Source: an uncultured Thermoplasmata archaeon (GTDB lineage Archaea > Thermoplasmatota > Thermoplasmata > RBG-16-68-12). From it: a stretch of DNA of 64,000 nucleotides. The stretch spans positions 928,001 through 992,000 of the forward strand of contig CAVYJM010000006.1 in NCBI GenBank assembly GCA_963768855.1, in the 5' to 3' direction. Shown piece after piece: positions 56,684 through 64,000 of the stretch; the first letter of the stretch is position 1; every line of letters starts with the position of its first letter. The notes under the pieces were generated by a model. It was not told the DNA's origin. It saw only the letters and a program-made list of their open reading frames with translations, and ran no database searches. A program made the position numbers and the translations under genes.

Positions 56684-56763
56684 CGGCTCCCCGCGAAGAA
56701 CCCCCGCCTTTTCAACGTGACGGTCGTCGGCAACCTCATGAGCCTGCGGCTGAATCGGGCGCC

Positions 56764-57747
56764 GTGCGCGTTTGGATCGAGCTCTCCGGGGAACATCCGA
56801 CCCTGCCCCGAGCCGAGGCGCTGGCGGCGTTCGAAGCCGAGGGCTGCGTGATCCGAGAGGCGTCGTGGTCCTCCCAGATTCTCCGCCTCGAGGCCACCGG
56901 GAAGGTCGCGCGCGCCGCCGCCCGCTTGGGCCTGGCCCACGTCGTCTGCGAGGAGCTGGCCCGGGGAACGTACGAGGAGGTCCGTTCCTTCGCACGGACA
57001 TACGAACTCGGGGGAAAGCGGTTCCGCACGCGCGTGCGCGCTCTCGGAGCCGACCTGGACACCAAGGCGATGGAAGGCGCCCTCGGTGCCGACTTCGGCC
57101 GGACGGGCCGGGTGGATCTGCGCGCTCCCTCCGTGGAATTCCGGGTCCTCGTCGGCGAGGAGTTCGTCCTGGGTCGGATCCTCCACAAGGTGGATCGCTC
57201 GGGAATGCAGGCCCGGAACGTGACGAACCGCAGCTTCCGGTTGCCCATCACGCTCCATCCGAAGCTCGCCCGGGCGCTCGTCAACCTGTCGCGGGTGCCG
57301 TCCGGCGGCCTCGTCCTAGATCCGTTCTGCGGCACCGGAGGCATCCTTCTGGAGGCCTCGCAGCTCGGCCTACGCGTGCTCGGTGCGGACGTCCGGAGGT
57401 CCATGGTCGTCGGCGCGCGGAGATCGCTCCGCTCCCTTGCGGCGGACGCGGACTTCGTGACCGCGGATGCGGGACACGGTCCGTGGCGCGAAGCGTCCGT
57501 GCTCGGGATCGCGACGGACCCGCCGTACGGCCGGGCGGCCTCCACCCGAGGGGAGCCGCCTCTTGACCTCTATGAGCGAGCGTTCTCCTCGTTCGATAGC
57601 GTGGTGCCCGCCCGGCATTTCGTGGCCGTGACGCTCCCGAGCGAAGAGGCCGTCGCGGTGGGAGAGGACCACTGGGACCTCGTCGAGCGCCACACGATGC
57701 GGGTCCACCGCTCCCTGAGCCGGACGTTCTGCGTCTTCGTCACGTGA
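56764..57747 (+). CDS. tRNA (guanine-10-N2)-methyltransferase with THUMP domain (Trm11/TrmG10)
   Basis: ELSGEHPTLPRAE, GRVDLRAP, LHPKLARALVNL, VLDPFCGTGG, TDPPYGR, RVHRSLSR. Confidence 0.92.
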   Translation: MRVWIELSGEHPTLPRAEALAAFEAEGCVIREASWSSQILRLEATGKVARAAARLGLAHVVCEELARGTYEEVRSFARTYELGGKRFRTRVRALGADLDTKAMEGALGADFGRTGRVDLRAPSVEFRVLVGEEFVLGRILHKVDRSGMQARNVTNRSFRLPITLHPKLARALVNLSRVPSGGLVLDPFCGTGGILLEASQLGLRVLGADVRRSMVVGARRSLRSLAADADFVTADAGHGPWREASVLGIATDPPYGRAASTRGEPPLDLYERAFSSFDSVVPARHFVAVTLPSEEAVAVGEDHWDLVERHTMRVHRSLSRTFCVFVT

Positions 57748-59218
57748 TGTTCAGGGTGATCGGGAGCACGGGGCCCTCGCTGGTGGTCCCCAGGAGCGCT
57801 TGGACGCTGAAGGACCACGTCCTTCCCGGGATCGCCGAGGCGGGTGCGTCGATGCGCAGCGCGACCATCGCGCGCTGACCGTTCCCGAGATTGAACGTGG
57901 TCGATGCCGTGTTCACGTTCGTCGTCTGCCCGCCGATCGTAACGTTGACAAGGATGAGTCCGAAGCCCGCGCTGTTCAGGTTGTTGGGATTGATGACGAG
58001 ATGCACTTGATCGGGGGTCGTGCTCGTGTCCACGAGGCTGAAGTTCAGGAAGGCTGTCGACGCCGGCGTGAGGTTCTGGACCAGCCCTGTGAGCGGCAGG
58101 CCCGCGACGGTCTCGAACGCGATTCCCTGCTGAACGGGGACGAACTGGAAGGGCTGGACCACGAATGTGGTCAGGAGGATCGCCACGGCCGCGACCCCGA
58201 TGAGCGTGCGCCCCGCGTCGAGCCGGCTCAAGTCGTTGAGCGGAGGCGGATGACGCACGCCGATCAGGAGGATCAGGAACGCGAAGATGAACCACCCGGT
58301 GTAGAACGCGCCGAAAAGGACAAGCAGGCCGATCGCCCCCCAGGAGATAAGGCTCTGCCGCTCGCCGAGCAGCGCGCGGGCGATGTGTCCCCCGTCGAGC
58401 TGGCCCGCGGGGAGAAGGTTGATCGCGGTGACGAAGAGCCCGACCCATCCCGCGAACGCGAGCGGGTGAAGCGCGACGCCCGCGGGCAGCGGGAAGAACA
58501 GGGCGAGGAAGTTGTAGAACAGGGACCCGTTCGTGATTTGGAACTCGCTGCCAACGGGGAGTAGCGCGTGCGGGTTCGCCGCCGTCAGGAAGAGCCCGGC
58601 GAGCGTCACGGGGATCGCGATCGCGAACCCCACCAGCGGCCCGGATGCGCCGACGTCGAGGAGCGCGCGGCGGCTCGGGAGCGGGTCGCGCATGCTGATG
58701 AACGCCCCGAACGTGCCGAGGGGCGGGATGCTCGGGATGAAGAAGGGCAGGGAGGCTTGCATCTTGTAGTGCTTTGCGACGACATAGTGCCCCATCTCGT
58801 GGAACCCGAGGATCGCGAGGAGCGGCAGGGTGAAGAAGACCGTCCCGTTCAGGATCGCGTCGACGGAGAGGAGCGGCTCGCCGATATACTGCGACCAGTT
58901 GTAGGCCCCGCCGAAGAACACCGTCGTGATGATCGTGAGGAGGAGCATCGTGACGTTCACGGACAATCCGGTGAACCGTTGCTTGGGGCGGCGCTGGATG
59001 TGAACGAGGAGCTCGCCCCGCTCTTCCGTGATCGACGGAATGTAGTCCTTCGGCACGAGGTCCCGGCGCAGCGCATCGAACGGCTTCTCGATCTTCCCGT
59101 CGGAGGGTCGCGCGACCTGGAAGGTGAGCGCAAGCGGCGTGATGACGCTCCCGTAGACCGTGAAGTGACGCGCGACGACCTCTCGGAGATTCTCGATCTC
59201 CTGGTCCGCGGACAGCAT
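57740..59218 (-). CDS. Site-2 protease (M50) with an extra C-terminal beta-rich domain
   Basis: HEMGH, PPLGTFGAFI, GASGPLVG, NLLPAGQLDGGH. Confidence 0.93.
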   Translation of the reverse strand: MLSADQEIENLREVVARHFTVYGSVITPLALTFQVARPSDGKIEKPFDALRRDLVPKDYIPSITEERGELLVHIQRRPKQRFTGLSVNVTMLLLTIITTVFFGGAYNWSQYIGEPLLSVDAILNGTVFFTLPLLAILGFHEMGHYVVAKHYKMQASLPFFIPSIPPLGTFGAFISMRDPLPSRRALLDVGASGPLVGFAIAIPVTLAGLFLTAANPHALLPVGSEFQITNGSLFYNFLALFFPLPAGVALHPLAFAGWVGLFVTAINLLPAGQLDGGHIARALLGERQSLISWGAIGLLVLFGAFYTGWFIFAFLILLIGVRHPPPLNDLSRLDAGRTLIGVAAVAILLTTFVVQPFQFVPVQQGIAFETVAGLPLTGLVQNLTPASTAFLNFSLVDTSTTPDQVHLVINPNNLNSAGFGLILVNVTIGGQTTNVNTASTTFNLGNGQRAMVALRIDAPASAIPGRTWSFSVQALLGTTSEGPVLPITLNIT

Positions 59219-59261
59219 CGGGCGTCTCAACCCCCGCGCGTATTTGAATCTGCGGCCGCGC

Positions 59262-59849
59262 TCACGGCGCGCCGCCCCGGAGGAGCCACAGAATCAACGC
59301 CGTGATGAGCCCCGCTCCGATGAACCGCAGCCCTGTATAGACCATCCGCTCCCGCACGAGCGACCCGAGGTACGCGCCCATGGCGAAGAGGAACAGGAGG
59401 GTCACGACCACCGCTGCAATCGCCGCCTCGCCGGTCGGGAGCAGGAGAAACGGGACCAACGGCGGAAGAGCCGCGATGAGCGGCGCGACGCCGTGGACGA
59501 GCGCGCTCGTGTAGGCTGCGAATCGGAACGCGCCCTTGTGCTCTTCGCTGAGCCGCGTGAGCATCGCGCGCTCGAGACTTCGGATGTCTAGCTTCTTCTC
59601 GACCCGCTCCGCCTCAAACGCCCCGACCGCGCTGCTCACCGCGAGCGCGATCGCAGCGCTGATGGATGCGGTGAGGACGATTGCCTTCTCAGACTCCCCG
59701 ACGCCGGAGGCGACCGCGCCCACGATGATTCCGAGAATCGTGAGTGCCCCGTCGAACGCCCCGATGACGAAGTAACGCCGGGCGATCGGTCCGAGGTCTG
59801 TGATCTCGCTGTACTCCTTAATCCGCTGGCGCCAGGGCGGTCGCTCCAT
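59262..59849 (-). CDS. VIT1/CCC1-family metal transporter-like protein
   Basis: RRYFVIGAFDGALTILG, AVSSAVGAFEAE, about five TM helices. Confidence 0.85.
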   Translation of the reverse strand: MERPPWRQRIKEYSEITDLGPIARRYFVIGAFDGALTILGIIVGAVASGVGESEKAIVLTASISAAIALAVSSAVGAFEAERVEKKLDIRSLERAMLTRLSEEHKGAFRFAAYTSALVHGVAPLIAALPPLVPFLLLPTGEAAIAAVVVTLLFLFAMGAYLGSLVRERMVYTGLRFIGAGLITALILWLLRGGAP

Positions 59850-59850
59850 G

Positions 59851-62553
59851 TCACCCGCTCGGTGCCGAGAGTATCTCCTGGACCCGTTTCAGCGCCATCT
59901 CGAGCGCCTCCGCGACGCCCGCCACATTGGAGCCGGCTCCCTGCGCGAAATCCGGCCGGCCGCCCCCCTTCCCCCCGATGGAAGACACGGCATGGGAGAG
60001 GACGTCGCGTGCGTCGAGGGCGACCTCGGCCCCATGGGAGACGATGAGGCTCGCGCCGTCGGCAGACTTGGCCCCGAGGAGGGCGACTGCTTTCGGGTCC
60101 ACGCAGATTTCCTTCGAGAGGGCCATGAGGTCCTTCATGTCGCCCTCGATCTGTCTCACGACGATTTTCACGTCGCCGACCGTGGTCGCGCCTTCGAGCA
60201 GGTTCTTCGCCGCGGCCCCAGCGAGATCGGACCGGACCCGCTCGAGCTGCCGCCGCTGTTCCTTCCACTCCTCTGCGATGCGGGTAGCGGCGCTGCCCAC
60301 CTGGCCGGTCGGCACGCCGAGGGCGGCCGCGGCTTTCGTGAGCTCCTTCTCTTGCGACCGGACCACCGCGAGCGCCGCGGTCCCCGCGGCGTACTCGATG
60401 CGGACCACTCCATCCTGGATGCGGGTCGTCCGGAGGATCTTGATGAGCCCGACGTCGGCCGCGTTCGACACGTGGGTGCCGCCGCACGCCTCCACGTCCC
60501 ACTTCGGGAACTCGACCACCCGGAGTTCGCCTCCGGGGACGGAACCCCCCTGGTACAGCCGGAATCCGAACTTGCGTTCCGCCAGGTCCCGGGGCATGAA
60601 CTTCGATCGGACGAGGCCGTCCTGGAGGACGCGGCCATTGGCGAAGTCCTCGATCCGGGCGATCTCTTCCTCGGAGAGTGCGTCGTAGTGAGTAATGTCA
60701 AGGCGCGCGAAATCCTGGGCCTTGTGGGCGCCGGCCTGCCACACGTGGTTGCCGAGGGCTTTGCGCGCGGCCCCCAGGATGATGTGGGTCGCGGAATGGT
60801 TCCGCGTGAGCGCGTCCCTGCGCGCAGCGTCGATCTCCGCCTTCACGCGCTTTCCGACCAGGGGCGACGCGTCTCCGTGGACGAAGTGGAGGACCGAGGT
60901 CCCGACCTTCTGGACATCGTGCACCTCGAATCCGCCGATCGTTCCGTGGTCGGCCTCCTGGCCGCCGCCCTCGGGGTAGAAGTAGGTCTGGTCGAGGACG
61001 AGCGCGCCACCCTGGAAGGTGAGAACTTTCGCCCGGAAGCTGCGCTTCCTCCGGTCTTCGTACACACGGAGCTTCGTCGCGGGCAGGTCGCCCGAGACCT
61101 CGATCTTCTTCTCCGGTTCCCTCGTGGGCTGGATGTGTCGCGCGGCGACCCGCGTATAGAAGTCGTCTGGGACCTCGACTGGCAGGGAGGTGAACTCCCG
61201 CACGACGTCCGGGTTGAGCCCTTGGCTGTCATACAGTTGCAAGAGCGTGTTGACGTCGAAGGTCTTGTTCGCCGCACGCAGCTCGCCCTCCATGCGCCCG
61301 ACGATGACTCGCCCCTTCTCGAGCGTCTCGCGGTACCGCTGCTCCTCGACTTTCAGCAGCTTGAGGATGTCCGCCTTGTTGAAGAAGAACTCCGGGTAGT
61401 CCTCCCGCATCTGGTCGATCATGAAGCTGATTGTGTCCGCGAGGGTGTACGCGATGTTCAGGTCCTTGAGCGCGCGGAGCCCGCGGCGGATGAGGAGGCG
61501 CGCGAAGTAGCCTTCGCGGCTGTTCGACGGTGTGACGCCGTCGCCCAGGAGGAAGATGAGGGCGCGCGAGTGGTCGCAGATCGTGTAGAGGGACTCGAGC
61601 GGCAAGACCTGGGCCACGAGATCCTCGACGTCGATCCCGACCCGTTCGGCGGTGAGCCGCCGGATTTCGCGGACATCGGCCAGGTTCTCGACCTTGAGCA
61701 TGCCCGCGACCTTCGCGTATTCCTTCAGGATCCGCTCGTCGACCCGTTTCGCTCCGGTCGCCCGTTTCAGGTAGGCCAGCGCGTCCCCGAACACGGCCTC
61801 GTACGCGGACGTCGTCCCCTGGGAGATCCACGTGAGCCGCTCGAGACCGTAGCCCGTGTCGACGACCTGCGTCTCCATGGGCACGTCTTTCCCGTTGACC
61901 TCCCGGTTCATCATGAACACCAGGGTCGCCGGCTCGGCGCCGCCGAAGACGACCTCGAAGCAGGGGCCGCTGTTCCCGCCCCCGCGCCACTGGGATTCCT
62001 TGTACCGTACGATCGTCGGGTCGAGCCCGAGCCGTTCGGTCAGGAAGGTGTGGCAGAGCTCGACCGTGCGGTCCTTGAAGTAGATGGGCTTCCCCGGGAA
62101 ATTGAACGCGTGATGGGCCATCATCTCGAAGAGCGTGAAGTGCTGCCCCGTCTTCCCGACGTTGTCGATGTCGTTGAAGCGCGCGCAGGGCTGGCTGATC
62201 GCGAGCGGGTTCGCGGGCGGGCTCGCCTGCCCACTGATGACCCACGGCTGGAACGGGTAGATGCTCGCCTGGGTGAAGAAGACGTCGTCCCGCCAACGCG
62301 CCACGATCGGGTAGCGCTTTACGCGGGTGTGGCCGTTCTGCTCGAGGAACGAGAGGAAGTCCTCCCGCATCGCGCGGTAGGTGAGACGCTTCTTGAACGG
62401 CGAGTTCCCGATGAAGTCGTACTCCTGGCAGGGTGCCTCCCCGCAGGTCGTATGCTGGCCCAGGGACCAGAACGGCGTCCCGCACTTCGTACAGGTCAGT
62501 CGCGTGAATCCCCGTGTCCGGAAGAGCTCGACCTCGTACTCACTCTCGGGCAT
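59851..62553 (-). CDS. alaS: Alanine--tRNA ligase (archaeal type)
   Basis: CTKCG...C...C, YPIVARWRDD, QPCARFND, VDTGYGLER, DHSR, FYPEGGGQ, HSATH, EACGGTH, GGKGGG. Confidence 0.97.
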   Translation of the reverse strand: MPESEYEVELFRTRGFTRLTCTKCGTPFWSLGQHTTCGEAPCQEYDFIGNSPFKKRLTYRAMREDFLSFLEQNGHTRVKRYPIVARWRDDVFFTQASIYPFQPWVISGQASPPANPLAISQPCARFNDIDNVGKTGQHFTLFEMMAHHAFNFPGKPIYFKDRTVELCHTFLTERLGLDPTIVRYKESQWRGGGNSGPCFEVVFGGAEPATLVFMMNREVNGKDVPMETQVVDTGYGLERLTWISQGTTSAYEAVFGDALAYLKRATGAKRVDERILKEYAKVAGMLKVENLADVREIRRLTAERVGIDVEDLVAQVLPLESLYTICDHSRALIFLLGDGVTPSNSREGYFARLLIRRGLRALKDLNIAYTLADTISFMIDQMREDYPEFFFNKADILKLLKVEEQRYRETLEKGRVIVGRMEGELRAANKTFDVNTLLQLYDSQGLNPDVVREFTSLPVEVPDDFYTRVAARHIQPTREPEKKIEVSGDLPATKLRVYEDRRKRSFRAKVLTFQGGALVLDQTYFYPEGGGQEADHGTIGGFEVHDVQKVGTSVLHFVHGDASPLVGKRVKAEIDAARRDALTRNHSATHIILGAARKALGNHVWQAGAHKAQDFARLDITHYDALSEEEIARIEDFANGRVLQDGLVRSKFMPRDLAERKFGFRLYQGGSVPGGELRVVEFPKWDVEACGGTHVSNAADVGLIKILRTTRIQDGVVRIEYAAGTAALAVVRSQEKELTKAAAALGVPTGQVGSAATRIAEEWKEQRRQLERVRSDLAGAAAKNLLEGATTVGDVKIVVRQIEGDMKDLMALSKEICVDPKAVALLGAKSADGASLIVSHGAEVALDARDVLSHAVSSIGGKGGGRPDFAQGAGSNVAGVAEALEMALKRVQEILSAPSG

Positions 62554-62688
62554 TTCGGCCGATGAAGGGGTCGCGGGCCTTAAAGGTTCCCGGGAGCGCT
62601 GCCTGTCTTCAGCAGGAGGTTCGTCGGAAGCCAAACTCAAGTGGTTTCGTTAAGTACGGGGCAACCGATACGGGGACGGGGGTATGGC

Positions 62689-63207
62689 TTGGAGCAGCGA
62701 CCAGTTGCAGCATTCATCCTGTCCATGTTGGGTGGCCTATTTCTCGAGGCGGGCACCATCGTCGGGTTCCTCACCTTGCCGACCTACTCCTCCTACCCGT
62801 ACAATCCCGCTCCCACATACTACAGCGTGTACCTGGGCACTGCTGCCGTGAGTGGGGCCCTCGTGCTGGTGGCCGCGGCGATGATGTACCTGCGCCCCCA
62901 GCTCCACATGGCGTGGGGGATCATGACCCTCGTGCTCTCGATCGCCGGCGCCTTCGGCGTGTTTGCCGGTCTATTCGCCGTCTTCGGCTCGATCGGGGTC
63001 GCGTTCGGGGTCATCGGGGGCGCGATGGCGGTCGGATGGGGGTCCGCAGGCTTTGGCGTGAGCGTTCCACCGGCTGCGGCCCGCATGTGCCCCGGATGCG
63101 GCCGCTACGTGCCGATGATGTTGCCCTATTGTGCCTACTGCGGCACGCCCGCCCCAACGGTCGGCCCTCCCAGATCGGGGACTGGAGCCCAACCGCCCGT
63201 CCCGTGA
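62689..63207 (+). CDS. Membrane protein with a C-terminal Zn ribbon
   Basis: Four TM helices then CPGCG...CAYCG; start uncertain. Confidence 0.75.
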   Translation: MEQRPVAAFILSMLGGLFLEAGTIVGFLTLPTYSSYPYNPAPTYYSVYLGTAAVSGALVLVAAAMMYLRPQLHMAWGIMTLVLSIAGAFGVFAGLFAVFGSIGVAFGVIGGAMAVGWGSAGFGVSVPPAAARMCPGCGRYVPMMLPYCAYCGTPAPTVGPPRSGTGAQPPVP

Positions 63208-63414
63208 CCGGATCGGGACCAAGACGTCAGTCAGAGGGCCCGCGGATCCGTTCCTCCCGGAGGCCCTGACTGAAGTCGACGCAGGATCCGGAGCTGTCGA
63301 GGGTCACGACGACGCTGAGCCGGCGCAGCGCGGTCGGTGCAAGCCCTGCGCAGATCCGGCAGGAGCGTCTCTGCATGAACGGGGGCGGCTTCGCGCTTTC
63401 GCCCATCCGGGGGC

Positions 63415-64000
63415 TCAGGTCCCGTGCAGGAGCTCGCGAGCGATGACGAGGCGTTGGACCTCGCTCGTCCCCTCGCCGATCTCCGTGAGCTTGGCGTCCC
63501 GCATCAGGCGCTCGACCGGATAGTCCTTGATGTATCCGTAGCCTCCGTGGATCTGGATCGCTTTGTTCGTGACGAACGAGGACATCTCGCTCGCGTAGAG
63601 CTTGGCCATGGCGGCCTGGCGCTTGAACGGGAGCTTGCGGTCCTTCCGCCAAGCCGCCTGCAGGACGAGGATCCGCGCGGCCTCGATCCGCATGGCCATA
63701 TCGGCGAGCATGAACTGGATCGCCTGGTGATCCGCGATGGGCTTCCCGAACTGGGTCCGTCCCTTCGCGTACTTGATGCTCTCCTCGAGCGCACCCTGCG
63801 CCAGGCCGACGGCCATCGCCCCGATGCCGATTCGCCCGTTGTCCAGGATGCGGAGCGCATTCACGAATCCCTTGTTCTCCTCCCCCAGGAGGGCGTCCGC
63901 GGGCACCTCGCAATCGTTCAGCAGGACCTGCGCGGTCCCGCTCGCGCGGACCCCGAGCTTGTCCTCGACCTTTCCGATCTCGAGCCCCGGGTTCCCTCGC
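63415..64000 (-). CDS. Acyl-CoA dehydrogenase, C-terminal part; runs off the window edge
   Basis: [69 protein letters not shown]. Confidence 0.95.
   Translation of the reverse strand, partial: RGNPGLEIGKVEDKLGVRASGTAQVLLNDCEVPADALLGEENKGFVNALRILDNGRIGIGAMAVGLAQGALEESIKYAKGRTQFGKPIADHQAIQFMLADMAMRIEAARILVLQAAWRKDRKLPFKRQAAMAKLYASEMSSFVTNKAIQIHGGYGYIKDYPVERLMRDAKLTEIGEGTSEVQRLVIARELLHGT

Overview
High-GC archaeal DNA. Gene content (archaeal rpl18e-rpl13-rps9-rpoN-tRNA-Pro, archaeal LeuRS/PheRS/AlaRS/TrpRS, MptA, GINS, DnaG, geranylgeranyl reductase, an unlinked 23S rRNA gene) points to Thermoplasmatota, probably an uncultured soil or sediment lineage; that placement is inference. Most of the window is housekeeping. 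Notable elements: (1) a tightly coupled 10-gene signalling operon (7405-16229) with four KaiC/RAD55-like ATPases sharing an unusual GxxGTMK P-loop, two degenerate KaiC-like domains (one fused to an MglA-like small GTPase), two Roadblock/LC7 proteins, a Zn-ribbon-TPR-KaiC fusion, a membrane ASCH-like protein and a 7TM-DUF835-like sensor; (2) a 290-nt ORF-less group I intron at E. coli-equivalent position 1931 of the 23S rRNA; (3) a cytochrome-free ActB/ActC-like (NrfC/NrfD) module with a CuA cupredoxin, divergent from a BlaI/BlaR-like pair with a perfect TACAnnTGTA box; (4) an RHH regulator operon encoding a half-size FtsZ with no T7 loop or C-terminal domain; (5) tRNAs with non-canonical introns (tRNA-Pro 20/21; tRNA-Lys with two introns). 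Four single-base frameshifts suggest assembly indel errors. No CRISPR array or transposase was seen. Family assignments come from motif recognition by eye, not database searches.
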